Assembly (NCBI GenBank): GCA_951406725.2
Contig: OX597824.1
Coordinates: 992,001 to 1,056,000 of the forward strand
Origin: Octopus vulgaris
Lineage: Eukaryota
DNA length: 64,000 nucleotides
Direction: 5' to 3'
Part shown: positions 1 to 13,600 of the stretch, one piece after another
Layout: each line of letters opens with the position of its first letter
Position numbering within the stretch: the stretch's first letter is position 1
Translations under genes and position numbers: made by a program
The notes under the pieces: generated by a model
The model's input: only the letters and a program-made list of their open reading frames with translations
Told to the model about the DNA's origin: nothing
Database searches by the model: none

Positions 1-22
1 ATAATAATGATAATAATAATAT

Positions 23-56
<34 letters not shown>

Positions 57-165
57 AATAATGATGATGATAATAATAATAATAATAATAATTATAATAA
101 TTATAATAATGATGATGATGATGATGATAATAATAATAATAGTAATAATAATAATAATAAATGAA
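1..165. repeat. (ATA)n/(ATG)n trinucleotide microsatellite
   Basis: Directly visible; explains the poly-I/M ORF 7..207. Confidence 0.95.
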
Positions 166-491
166 ATAAAATACAAACAGTGCACGTATTTCTTATTAAC
201 ACAATGACCGTCCCAAAACACAACAATAATCCGTTTCAACACACGATTTTTCATTAATGTTCGTTCTTTAAACATTCCAAATAGTTAGTCGCATCAACGA
301 AGACGCTCCTTAGGTATTTGTTTCGGGGATTTACTCAAGTGGAACCAAGCATCTTCCAGTTATTCACAAATGATTCGAACGAAAATTTGAAATAGAAATC
401 GAGTAAATTGTGTAATAGGAATTGTAAAATTAATGCTAACAATGGCTGTATTGATAATAATAACGATGATGATGATGATGGTGACAACAAT

Positions 492-705
492 GGTTTCAAA
501 ATATGGCACAAGGCCAGCAGTTTTCAGGGGAGGGGATAAGTCGATCAGATCGACCCCAGTGTTCCACTGGTATTTATTTCATCAACACTGAAAGGGACGA
601 AAGGCAAAGTTAACCTCGACGGAATTTGAACTGAGAACGTAAAGACGGGCGGAATCCCGCTAAGCATTTCGCCGGGTGTGCTAACGATTCTGCCAGCACA
701 CCACC
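492..705 (-). mobile_element. tRNA-derived SINE, family A (GCCTTTCATCC...GTCGAT central domain)
   Basis: Reverse complement reads GCTGGCAGAATCGTTAGCAC...GTTCAAATTCC (A/B-box-like), then the central domain shared with the copies at 17872, 20468 and 60195. Confidence 0.8.
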
Positions 706-706
706 C

Positions 707-1020
707 GAAGAAGAAGGAGGAGGAGGAGGAGGAGGAGAAGAAGAAGAAGGAGGAGGAAGAAGAAGAAGAAGAAGAAGAAGAAGAAGAAGGAGAAGAAGAA
801 GAAGAAGAAGAAGAAGAAGAAGAAGAAGAAGAAGAAGAAGAAGAAGAAGAAGAAGAAGAAGAAGAAGGAAGAAGAAGAAGAAGAAGAAGAAGGAGAAGAA
901 GAAGAAGAAGAAGAAGAAGAAGAAGAAGAAGAAGAAGAAGAAGGAGAAGAAGAAGAAGAAGGAGAAGAAGAAGAAGAAGAAGAAGAAGAAGGAGAAGAAG
1001 GAGAAGAAGAAGAAGAAGAA
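707..1020. repeat. (GAA)n/(GGA)n purine microsatellite
   Basis: Directly visible; source of the poly-E/R and poly-L/S ORFs. Confidence 0.95.
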
Positions 1021-1310
1021 CCAGCAGGGCGTCAGTGAAAATGACTTGCGGAAACTTTTTGCGACCTCTACAGGGGTCAGCTCTGTCTTCCATCCTTCTA
1101 AGGTCTATAAAATAAAGTACCAGTCATGTACTGGGGTTGACGGTATCCGTTAACTCTTTCCCCTGAAAACTGACGGCCTTGCGTCTAAATCAGGAACCCT
1201 TGTTTCAGCACTGAAACTCCCTCCCCTCAATAAACTGCAAACGGGTCCTTATGTACGGCATAATACTAACCAGATAGAATGATATGTTAATTATTCATTA
1301 TGTGTATATG

Positions 1311-1346
<36 letters not shown>

Positions 1347-1716
1347 CGATGACGATGCTAAAGATTTCTGTTCTTCCATCGACGCACCGATTCTGCTGTA
1401 TGAAACTCGTGTTAACAAGATTTTGAATAATTCAGTCATTCCATTACCGTTAATGGTAGAATGAAATAAAGTTAGCAAGAACAGCAGAACAGCCAGTTTT
1501 GAAATAATGGAATGGTAATGAATCCAATTTACTATAGGAGCATTCGGTGTATATTGGCCGCACACGTAAAACAAAGGATTCCGTGATGTCTTTGAATTGA
1601 AAGAACACAAGAATAAAGAAGAATAGCTTTAACTAAGATCAATATGAAGGCCAATGCTGTCACAAGAGCACGCTAGGGTTATGAAAGCCTTAGCAGTGGA
1701 ATCTTGTTAGATATGT

Positions 1717-2013
1717 TTCTTTATTAGCCACACAGGGCTGCACACAAACAGGACAAATTACAAGGTAGAGCTTTTCTTTGGGAGATAAAAAGGGGGTTTG
1801 GTTTTCGATCAAAAGGGATCGTAAAAGGAAAGACAGAAGGATAAGAAAAAGGGGGGGGGGGATAAAAATAAAGGAAAAGAAAAAAATCGATCAATAGGGA
1901 TCGTTATCACAGAAATGTCAATATAAAGTGTAAAGGGGAGGACAGGTGAGGTTTACCCGTGGAAAGAAAAGCCTACGGAAAAGACCACGGTAACCTCGGT
2001 CAATGAAGTCACA
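1717..2013 (-). mobile_element. probable 3' UTR of a non-LTR retrotransposon (Tx1/L1-like)
   Basis: Minus strand ends in ...TGTGCAGCCCTGTGTGGCTAATAAAGAA (polyA signal), resembling the tail of the SINE at 17872-18290. Family assignment is inference. Confidence 0.45.
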
Positions 2014-2496
2014 TGTTATATATTTCTCTTTTACAAATAAGCAACTCTCTGTATTAATTTTTACGGTTCATAAGATAGCACCGTAAGCATATTGATATTG
2101 CGAAGGACATTGGGATCAAAACAATCGAGTGAATGCGTTAAATTTCAGTATTTGAAGAAAGCTTCCCCAACTGTGATCGAGTGATGCATTGAAATAAATT
2201 TCGCTCTGATTAATCTCATCAGATAGGGATTAATAATTGTTCCAATAAGAATGGGAAGTGTTGATACTACAATTATTATCACGGAGACATAAATAAGATT
2301 TCTCTCGGATCAAACTCCAAATCCTTAATCGTTACAAAATTTGCAGAAAAGTTAATTTGTAAGAAATGGAAATGGCATCAAGTACAATTTGCGTTTCGTA
2401 TTTCTTATCATATTTCTTAATTTTTATAACCAAATCAAATTTTCGATTCTCAAGAAATTTATTCATCGTTGCATCGTAATTACCGCTTACTGATAC

Positions 2497-2510
2497 TATA
2501 TATATTTATA

Positions 2511-2583
<73 letters not shown>

Positions 2584-2731
2584 GTATATTATGTATATAT
2601 GTATATATATATATATATATGTATTTATATATATATTATGTATGTATATATATATATATATATACATATATATTATGTATGTATATCTATCTATCTATCT
2701 ATTTATGTGTATATATATATATATATATATA
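2497..2731. repeat. (TA)n-rich microsatellite
   Basis: Directly visible. Confidence 0.95.
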
Positions 2732-2772
2732 TCAAAACAAGAAATTGGAAAAGTTTTGGTATCATTTATTCA

Positions 2773-2860
2773 ACATTACATGGTTCATTTGCTAATAAGA
2801 GTACAAAATTCTACATGTAGGAGAAACATGTATGACATCTATTGCAAATTCTTCAGACCG
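2773..2860 (-). ncRNA. degenerate hammerhead ribozyme motif
   Basis: Minus strand: CTGAAGA, perfect stem II ATTTGC/GCAAAT, then GAAC-CAT-GTA (canonical would be GAAA-CAT-GTA). Stem I is weak. Confidence 0.55.
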
Positions 2861-3456
2861 AGAATCAAATATTATTTGACTTTTCTGTCTCAAGAAATTC
2901 TGATCGGTGATGTCTTAAAAGTTTCTCTTACATGACTATTTTTGTTTCCCCTCTTAACAAATGAAACGCGTGCAATGATAAAAAATAATATCAAAAACAT
3001 TTTCCCACCTCCCGTTTTGATATGTAATTACTCTGCAAAAAATACACACACACGCAATCGTACACAAACACACAGATACAGGTACGAATGTATGCTCAGA
3101 TCAGGGTACACAACAGAAAGAGAGATTGGCCTAAACAGAATTGGAGGAGACACTTTAACTGAGGGCTGGGGAGTCACTGAAGAAGTCACGAAAGCTTTCA
3201 GACAAAACAACTCTAAAATAAGAATAGTAATAAAGCTGAACGAAGGACGAGTGTTTAGTTCCTGAGGTTAATTGGCAAAAGAAAGAGCAACAACAAAATA
3301 TGACCATCGTCAAATATAGCTACAAACACACAATACATACATACGTACATACATACATGCATGCATGCATGCATACATACATACATACATACATACATAC
3401 ATACTTACACACATACATACATACATACATACATACTTACATACATAGATACATAC

Positions 3457-3529
<73 letters not shown>

Positions 3530-3672
3530 TGTACGTATAAGAGCTGTAGTGTCTGTGCTCTCCTCAAAGTCATTATAAGTGCACAGAGATGCGGAACAGA
3601 TAAGTAGATTATTTCTACTTAAAATTCACTGCTTCTCCAATAATCGTTTTTCTCCTACGGCTACACGTGCAA

Positions 3673-3726
<54 letters not shown>

Positions 3727-4001
3727 CACACATACATACGTACATAAGTACATGTGTGCGTATGTGTACAGCTTGGAAAGGTTAATCTTTACTGTTCATC
3801 TCCGCTTAGTTTCCCTTTCTTACATAATGTTATCCAAATATATATTTTGCTTGTTTTATAATTCCACTCAGCCAAAGCGGTACCAATAATCAGTTGTATG
3901 GAATCGTTCTCTCTCTCTCCCTCTCTGTCTCTTCTCTTCCTTCTATCTCTGTATATATATATATGTATATATATATACTCACACACACTCACATATATGC
4001 A

Positions 4002-4853
4002 CGTGGTCTGATCAATAAGTATTCGCACTGTTGCCATAGCAACGAAGCCGGTTGGCACAGAATGACCTTGAACTCTGCTGTACATTGTATACTAAGTTTT
4101 AATGGTTTGGCTCACTTCCGCTGTTTACAGCAGTGCTTGTAAGGAAGGTGTGTAGCGTGTGATCGTCGCATTAACAGAGAATGTTAAGCAGACAATCTGC
4201 ATCAAACTTTGCTAAAAGCTCGGTGATACCTGCTCAGAGGCCTACGCAAAGTTTTCAAAAGAGTCTTCATCGTTCTCGATAGAATCAAGTTCTTGTGCGA
4301 CTGAAACCCGAATTCCATTTTGGTCAGATGAAAGCAGTTTTGACACAAACTTGGCAGACACGCGTCTCATACCTAAATCTTCTGTGATAATGGACAGAAC
4401 TGAACGGTAACCGAACTACACATCCTCTGATAACTCACGGATGGTGATTCGACGATTTCCCCCTCACAGCTGCACGTACATCTGCGATGTTTTTCTCAGT
4501 TCTGCTGGTTGTGGATCTCCTAGAACGTTCGTCAATAACGACATTTTTGGGGGCATCTTGGAAACATCTGAACCACTCGTACACTTGTGTGAGGCTCATA
4601 CACTCCTCTTCATATATTTTCTACAATTTGCGCAGGCCTCTGAGCAGGTATCGCCATGACATCTTTCTCTGTCATGGTCAGTGCAGCAATCACACGCTAC
4701 ACACCTTCCCACCAAGCACTGCTGTAAACACCGGAAGTGAGCTAGAACGTCAAAACTTAGTGCGCATGCACAGCAGCGTCCAAGCAGCTTCACTCTGCGT
4801 GCTTTAGCTTCGTTATTACGGCGCCAGTCCGGATACTTATTGATCAGATCGCG
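4002..4853. mobile_element. non-autonomous mariner built from two inverted 5' ends
   Basis: TIRs CGTGGTCTGATCAATAAGTAT / ATACTTATTGATCAGATCGCG, with TA on the right. Minus strand carries frameshifted mariner N-terminal residues (VYEWFRCF, RRITIRELSE, LGMRRVSAKFV). The + strand repeats the start (QTICIKLC*KLGDTCSEAYAK). Confidence 0.85.
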
Positions 4854-5667
4854 TATATGCGAGAAGACAGTGAACAGAAGGGAATCGAAAGCTTCCTAGT
4901 ATTCGCTGGAACTGTCTACCCGCTGATTTCAAATCCCATTGAGGCCGACTTGCCTCTTTATCATTTCTTTATCAGTAGATAAAATATCAGTTTTAAGTTC
5001 AGCTCCTGTTTTTCTTCTTTTTTTCTCATCCTGCTCTCTGGATTGAACTTGTAATTCGAATATCCAGTCTTGCTAGATATCTGTCACACTGTATCGTTCT
5101 GAGATATGCATTAACCTTCCGCTGGTCTGTGAGAATAATATATATATATATGTATATATATACACGATGGGCTTCGTTTAGTTTCCATCTATAAAGGTGT
5201 CACTCAGTAAGGCAGAATTCGAAACCACGTGTGTCAAAGGCAACATCCAAAGCGCACTGCTATGCCGCATGCTACCATAATGTGGAAGGTAAAAGGCACG
5301 GATGACAAACTAATGAGAAATCTAAAGATTCCTTACTCAAAATATAACTTTAGCTATTTACCCTTGTTATTAATCTGTCTACCTCAGCCCAAATCTTCTG
5401 AAGTTGCGTTTCACAGAACATGAAAGGAGATGGCTTGTTAAGAAATTAGAATTGAAACCTATGAACGCATGGCTTTTTGATGTCTGGACTGGACACTGCG
5501 CTGCGTCCTTCAGCAAAATAATTCATGTCACGTGGTTCAAGACCACTCACCTGAGTAATCCTTTAGCGGACCGGCGTCCTGTACAGGTGCAGAATATGCA
5601 CAGAAACATATACATATATACTCACGCACGCAAATATGCTTACATACATGCGTATATATATATATAT

Positions 5668-5732
<65 letters not shown>

Positions 5733-5760
5733 TATATACTTACAAACATATATATTTTTT

Positions 5761-7335
5761 CTTTTATTTCTTTTACATGTTTTAGCTCAAAGTCTGTGCC
5801 ATGCTGGAGCACCTTTTCAGAGGTGACTTTTAGTGAAGGAGGAAGTTCGACATTACTGCTTTCTTTTGAGTTTCTTGCCGCGATATAGATACATTTGGGA
5901 CCATGGACAACAGGAGATCGAGATTTACAATATCTCCTCATAATCTATGAAGACTCCTCAGATATTTTGGGAAGGAATTAAATAGCTGCAAGCCCTTGAA
6001 TCCCAAGCTACTACAGTACATGGTTCTCCTTCTAGACGGGATAGCTTTGGAATCGTGCAGTAATTTGGTGCCAACCCCTCCAGGATTTTCCGTACGTGTA
6101 TCACTGCATACCCCTCTCGTCTTCGTTGCAGGGAGTAGAGTCGTAGCTCTTTCAGTCTCTCCCAGAAACACAGCTGTTCCATTGATGCGATCCCATTGGT
6201 GTAGCACCACTGAACGGGCCTCAAGTTCCGTTATTAATTTGACACTGTAGGGTCATCATAGTTGAGAGCAGTAGTCAAGATGACTGGGAACAAATGCCCT
6301 TCATAGAACCAGCATTATTTAATGGTCCATTGTTCTGAAGGATTTTAGAATCCATCCGGCTATTTTGCTTGCATGTTGCCACCACCTTGGTGATATGTGC
6401 ATGAAACGCGGCGGCGTTGCTCATATCAATTCCAAGATCACGCACTGTACTTGACACTGAAATTGCCCCTCATTTTAGTCGAAAGTATTGCTGTTGCGGC
6501 GTGTAAGCACTCGGCAGATGACAGCGGATGAGCTTGGATTTTGCTTGCATTAAATTGCAAGTTGTTTTCTTCAGCCCGTTTATATATGACGTTTAGGCCT
6601 TTCTGTAGAGGATTAACATCGGAAGGTTTCATGACTTGTTATATAACTTTTGTGTCGTCGGCGTCGCCAGAAAGTGAGACTGTCTGCGTAACTGACGGCA
6701 TGTCCGAGAGAGCCACCATAAACAGCAGCGACCACAAGACAAGTTCCCTGAGGTACACCACTCTCTACCACTGTCTCCTTGGAGAGGGCTTCGTTGGCTT
6801 CTTTTAAGAAGTCATGTAACCCTTCTCCTACATTTTCGACCATACCGAGTCTCCGTAGCTTGTGACATATCATCCCATGATCGACCTTATCAAAAGCCTT
6901 TCCAAAGTCAAGATATATCACATCCACGTTTGAGCAATTTATTAGTTATTTGAATACTCAGTCATAATACAGCAAAAGCTGTGTGAGGCAGCTTCTTCCT
7001 GAGAGGAAACCATGCTGGATATCAGGGAGCAAGTCATTATCTTCGAGGAGCCAACTCGGTTTCCTCCTGACAATGCGTTCCATGACTTTGCTGACATGGG
7101 AGTTGAGAGAGACAGGTCTATAAATTTTAGCATTTGCTCTGCTACCTCCCTTATCGATAGGAATATTATACGTTTCATTTTGGGAAGTCTCCCAGTTGCG
7201 TGGAAGCTCTGGAAGGGAATCTGTAGTGCTATTGCTAGATCCCTTTTGCATTTCTTTAGGGGGGTTGCTGGGAATCTATCAGCGTTTGTGACTGAGTTTC
7301 AACTTATTTCACCAATGGCTGATATCCCTCAGACA
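5761..7335 (-). mobile_element. CR1-type LINE, degraded RT and 3' end
   Basis: Minus-strand motifs YRPVSLNSHVSKVMERIV, QHGFLSGRSCLTQLL, DVIYLDFGKAFDKVDH, SGVPQGT, VRDLGI, ERLKELRLYSLQRRR; many frameshifts. Confidence 0.9.
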
Positions 7336-7396
7336 TAGGTACATAGATGTTCGTGCTTACATACAGATATACATATATATATATATGTACATACGT

Positions 7397-7457
<61 letters not shown>

Positions 7458-7610
7458 AACATATATACATGCACACTATATATGTATATATCTTTATTTA
7501 TATATCTTTGCGTTAGTAGAATAATAATCTGTTATTATACTCTGTTGTTGAGATATTGCCATTAGTAAGAATAAAGTTATAGTTGGTCATTTTTTCTCCG
7601 TATTAATATC

Positions 7611-7658
<48 letters not shown>

Positions 7659-8756
7659 GTATGTATGTATGTACGTATGTATGTATGTATGTATGTATGT
7701 ATTCAGTGTATTGTGAAAGAGCTTTAGAATCTATTTCTCTTTGATATTGTTCACACCTACCTACACGATCTAATGCAATGTGTACACACACACATTCACA
7801 TGCGTGTAAATATATATTTGTTTTTAGACACACACACACACACACACACAAACACACACACGCATTCAGATAGTCCACATATATATATCCTTGTACACAA
7901 TCATAAGTTTCTTACACATTCTGTGCATTTCGTATCCTCTGTTCTGCTCTATGTATTCCGATGTTGTTTAAAATCAGCTGCGCCGCTTCTGCTACGTTTC
8001 TCTTTCATCCAATCCCTGCAAAGAGAAAAACAAGAACATAAAATATAATAAAATAAAATGAAAATCTTATAAAATAAAGGAATAAATTCTTTTACATGAG
8101 AAAAAAAAATCTGTTCGTTATCTTTGTTTTGTTTAAAACCTCATTCTTCTCTTAGCTCTTTTGCTTTTTGAAATTCTTTTTTCATTCTAAATTAGCACAG
8201 ATTTACAAAATTAGTAAGATGAGACAAAATTATTTGAAAAATAAAAATAAAACGATTTAAAAGAAAATTCGAAATCTTATCAATGTTTAGGTATACTTAA
8301 GTTATGTTTTTATAAAACAAGATTCGTAAATAATGTTTCTTTTTCTCTTTCTCCTTCAAAAGAAACTTTTTCCTGCCTTTCATTCACATTATAATTGGTT
8401 GATAATTTTGCAACGTTGACTTAAGATTCTGAAATTGGTTTAAGAAGAAATAAAAAAAAAATACTAAAAGAAAGAAAGAAATGTAAAGAAAATCTGGATA
8501 ATATTTCGCTTCTGTTTATCTGGGAGAATTGAAAAAAGTTACGGTAGGCGAAATCCTTCCGATAGATAAAATAAATTTAGATGTGATGCGTGGAATTAGA
8601 TGCTGGGTGATCGTATATGGCCGGGTTTCTATAACGTTTGCTTCACAGCCATGTGGTCCTACGATCGTCTCCACTTGCTCGACACCTAGGATACAATGAT
8701 CAGTACCATAGCTTCGAATAATTCATCTAAATTGCAACTAGCTTGGTATTCGTGAT

Positions 8757-10030
8757 GGGAGGAACTGTCTAACAAACTCCTCCACCATTTTGATGACATC
8801 TTAAATGCACTAAGTGAGGGCTCCAACGAGGATGTCATATCCCTTGATTTCAGCAAGGCCTTTGACTGAGTCGACCACAACATACTGTTCAAGAAACTCT
8901 CCAACGCTGGAGTCGGTGAAGAGCAACATCAATGGATTAGTTATTTCCTAACAAACAGGACCCGGCATGTTGTGGTTGATGGCATCCACTCAGGACTACC
9001 AAAAGTCATCAGCGGAGTTCCGCATGGTACTGTGCTGGATCCACTTCTTTTTATTCTCTATATCAATGACATTGCCGATTCCATTGAACATAGCACCGTT
9101 AAAATTTTTGCAGATGACTCTAAGCTCCAGAAAGTCATTAAGGGAGCAGATGATCGAACGAGGCTTCAATCGGACCCGTGCGCAGTAACCCAGTGGGCAC
9201 AAAAATAAAAACAATATGCAGTTGAATGAAGAAAAATGTGAGCTCATCCACTTTGGAAGAGATGACACACTCGAACAACCATATACACCTCTGCCGGGAG
9301 ACCTACTTGAACCGTCGGATAATATCAGAGACTTAGGTGTAATCGCCGACAGTAAACTTAGCTGGAGTGTGCAACATCATCAAACAAGTCGATGTTGCCC
9401 GCAGAATGTGCTCATGGATCCTCGGAACTTTTCAATCTAGGGAACATGAAACCATCATCTTTCTCTTCTCCACATTGGTTAGGCCTCACCTCGAATACTG
9501 CTGCCCGTTGTGGTCCTCTTATAAAAAGAAAAACAATAATAAAAACAAGACATAAAGAGGATCGAAGCGCCAAAAGGATCAATCACAAAAACAATATATG
9601 GCATAATGGAACTTGATTATTGGGCTCGACTTAAACAGCTGAAGCCCTATTCTCTGCAACGCCACCATATTTTATCCAAATGATATCGGTATTTTGTTTA
9701 CAATTCTCCCAAGACTAGGCCCCGTGCAATGCGTCCCCTACAAAGGTCGAGATCACATCACATAAGAACATTGCAACACAATTTCTTTCCTGCAAATGAT
9801 CCTGCACTTTTTAATGTTATCCCGATAGAAATTAAAGTAGAAAAAAAACCCCACAACTTTCAAACGGTACCTGGACAAATTCCTCCAGGAAATACCGGAC
9901 AAACCACCTACACCTGGATACGTCTCAACCAACAACAACTCTCTGGTCCAGTGGTCCATGGTGTGCCAAAATAATTAACTGAAAACATTTCCAGGTGGTG
10001 CTACCTAGTGATAATGGCCGAAACCAATGT
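8757..10030 (+). mobile_element. CR1-type LINE, 5'-truncated degraded RT and 3' end
   Basis: Motifs LDFSKAFD*VDH, SGVPHGTVLDPLLFILYINDI, FADDSK, IRDLGVI, RPHLEYCCPLWS; stops and frameshifts. Confidence 0.92.
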
Positions 10031-10361
10031 AAGCTATTTGTCCCTGTTGAATGAAATTGGGTCTCCGTGGAAGAACATTATATCTTTAGGTGCGTGTGTA
10101 TACATAGGTAAATAGGTAGAGATATATACTTATATATATATATATGTTTATATATATATATATATATATATATACATACTCATTTATGAATATACCTATG
10201 TATATGTATATAGGTATACAAACGCACGCGCGCACACAAACACACACACACATATATTTGACTTCATTTTCTCGAGCGTCAAACTAATACACCTGCTTGT
10301 TGTTACTACACCTGTCTTCGTCTTCATTTTTTTATAAATTAAAAGTATATATATATATACT

Positions 10362-10392
<31 letters not shown>

Positions 10393-10425
10393 ATCAAAAT
10401 AAGCAAAAAAGATATCCAAGGTAGA

Positions 10426-10511
10426 GTAGTACAATCGTTTCATGCTACTTCATTTTATTAAACACTGTAAGTATTATATCAGTTTTAAAATGTCGAGCAA
10501 TCTTCAGCCAC
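10426..10511 (-). ncRNA. hammerhead ribozyme motif (type I, long stem II)
   Basis: Minus: GTGG-CTGAAGA-tTGCT...AGCAt-GAAA-CGATT-GTA-CTAC. Stem I GTGG/CTAC; stem III ACGATTGT is self-complementary with G.U. Confidence 0.7.
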
Positions 10512-10556
10512 ATATAGAATTTTTTCAATTAAAACGGACTTATAAATTTTGCTGAA

Positions 10557-10606
<50 letters not shown>

Positions 10607-13600
10607 TACTTTATATACACAAAGTAATTAAGTAATAAGCTGGCTCCATAACTATCGCTACACATATAAAACTTGGACAGGTTTTAAAGATACCTAACAC
10701 AATTTATGCATAAGTCAAGTCAAAAAAAAAAAAAGAAAGAAGAAAAGAAAAGCCTATCATACCTTTAACACCGGCTGGTCAGTATCATTAGCAGCAGTAT
10801 CTCATCCATGAAAAATAACGTAACGCATTGCCAACTATGTTAATAGAAGAAACGTGAAGAAACGCCGGAGTATAACCAGCCGACTCTTTATGCAATGCAG
10901 AGGCATAATAGACAAAGCAACAATCAGTTCTACTAAACAAAACCGCGCCGTAGGACGCGAACACAATGCAGGGTTTATGGAGCATTATTGTAAACCCGCT
11001 TAATCCTGCAGACACAAATATGATGAACACAGTAACACTATCGACTTACATCAGCAATACCTTGTAGTGTTTAATCATTCAGTTACGTCCCTTTACACAG
11101 AGCTTAGCCATTAAATATTTAAAGATCGATAAAGTTATTATCAGCCTAATTAGTGAACTCAGCATCATCGATTAACCGATTCTTGAAAGTGATTGGAAAG
11201 CCGTTCCGCGGTTCGAACGCTGAAACCAATTAAAGAATAAGATACATGAGAGATAAATCTTCTCCAAATCACAGAGAAAGGAGGCTTGGAAATGTAGTCC
11301 AAAATGGCAAGAATATTTACACCTGGAATGTTTTTGCTCCTACTTGATCAGTGGAACGAAACATGTTAGTCTACTACATCGGCAGTACAGGCACCGTGTT
11401 ATTGGTAATTATTTGGCTGGATTAGTGCCAGAGTTTAAATATTGTTATAAGTAGAATTGATTGAATTCCTCATATACCCTTGATGATAAATGCAACTGAT
11501 TAAGGAACGGTATCTGATGACTTCTTCCATTATTTAAAGACTCGCATCGACCGTTCCATTCACAGCGATTTTCAGATCAACTCTACTAACTGAAATTCCT
11601 TAGCATTTTTAAAATCTTGCTTTTATATAATTAATTTAGCTACAGAATAAATCGAGGCACCCATGACACTTATCAGGATCTCAGAGTCTGTTAGAAGCGT
11701 AAAAAAGAGCGAAACTATCTTCCGACCAGAGATCCACTAAAGGCATCCAAGGTAGAGACGTTAAAGCAGACGAGGATTAGGTCTTTTACTCTAAAGCAAG
11801 AATTCTTCTAATGGGCTTCCACACAGTTTTCGAATGTCAAATTTCTCCACTCGATTCATTGCTTTTGGTAAAAGAAATGCACAGTCTCAAGGTGTCGCTC
11901 ACTGAGATCGAACCTATAATCATGTAGTTACAGAGAGATCGTCTTAGGCATACAATTTCGCTGGAACCGTTCTATACTAATCTTAGCCTGTGACTATGTT
12001 TCCGATTACGAATTATTACAGAAGTGGTTTTTATGCTTACGATTGATATGTAAAACGTTTTTGAATAAATTCTGCAAAGTAACAAAGAGAGAGAGAGAGA
12101 GAGAGGGGGGGTGCAAACCTATAATACATTACTGTGTTAAACCCGGTGTTTCGTGTTCCATATTTAATTACTTCTCTCTACGTTCCAATTTCAAATCTAA
12201 CTTAAAGTTCAAATCTAAACAGGCGTAACGTACTCAGGTCAATGTAGACTGTTGTACTTGTCCCTTACAAATAGTTGGACTTGTGTTCACGTGAGAAATC
12301 TATTTAATCAATCTGGAATAAGAAGCAAAGTTGGAGCAGGTGATACAAAGGTAGACTAGAAATTTTATAGTAAAGATTGTTTGCCAACATAACATGGCAG
12401 TCCTGGTTTAGGACGAATGTTGCCGTAATTAGCCCCAGGAGACATCGTCTCCAGCTGGCTATACGACACGATCTGTGTCCTTATATTTTCGAACAAGGGA
12501 ATCTAGCACCCCCACTCAGCTCAAAACAATATCTGCCATGTTATGTCGGCAAACAATCTTTACTACAAAGAACTAATGCTGAATATTTCACGTTGTGAGA
12601 TTTAAAAATAGTAATTTTCTAGAAATTTTATTCTGATCGATTGCTTTGTCTATTTTCATTCAAGATTTCAAATCAGTATTTTATGCCTTCGTGGTCGGTA
12701 AAGTAAGAAAAAGTCAGCGAATTCTCGTCAGGTTTCCGTTTATTATTAGTTCGCTTCCAGTTACCCCTGATTCAGCAAAACCGTCACCTCTCTCTGCTTT
12801 TACTACCGATACTATAATAGCCTCAGTTGGTCAGTGCTGGCCGGGATCATGTCAACTCTACTCAATTCCTGACCTCCTTGTCTATCATCCCCTCTGTTGC
12901 TGTGTTCAACTATCGTCTAGGGCCCGAACTAATCACTACGGCCAGCACTTCCCATTCTCCGCACAGCATCGGTCCTCTGGAGCTTCCACACAGCTTATGT
13001 CATCCCTGAAAGTGTTGACTGACAAATGTAAAAGACACACATCAAATACATCGTTCTTGGAGGAACCAGTAAAAGCTAAGGCCAATGCCTTTACTCTAGA
13101 TCCACTCAATAAAAATAAACTAGCGCCCTTTTTCAGAAATAGTACATCTAGGATGACATTATCTAACTCATTCCTTTCTCTTTTTTTTTGACGAAGCTAG
13201 GATGCGATTTGAATGAGATTCGTTCGGGTATTTCTCGCATTTTGAATGATCTCGTAGATCCTCCTTTATTAGATTGTTTGACTTCCGGTAAACTATCAAT
13301 TGACTTGGCTAGCGTCACTTTAACCGACGAATGAAGTTCATAACAATCCAGCAAGTCAGGAGCATTAACGCAATCATTAAATCAGGACAAGCGTGACACC
13401 GGAAGCGACGCCATTATTTTTACATGGAAGCTTATTAATGCATTATATCGGATTGTATTTTTCGTTTAGAAATAATTATATTTTCATTTGGAAATGTCAT
13501 TTTGTTTCGAAAAATAGCGTCCGTAAAATTGAAACCATTTGTCGCCCAACTGATAGTGCGATTCCAACAGCCATACGGAAGTGAATCATGAATAAATGGA

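Noticed and set aside
545-1115. Long ORFs 545..1093 and 678..1115, and the many YI/HT/CV-rich ORFs elsewhere
   Set aside because: Translations of simple repeats lacking stop codons; no protein signal.
2185-2230. Minus-strand CTGATGA...GAAA
   Set aside because: No pairing for stem I or III; likely chance.
10790-11600. Possible degraded LINE (QITEKGGLEM resembles the GGLG motif)
   Set aside because: Single weak motif with no second landmark.
12646-13354. 181-aa ORF and the opposite-strand ORF
   Set aside because: No ATG start, recognisable domain or splice signals.
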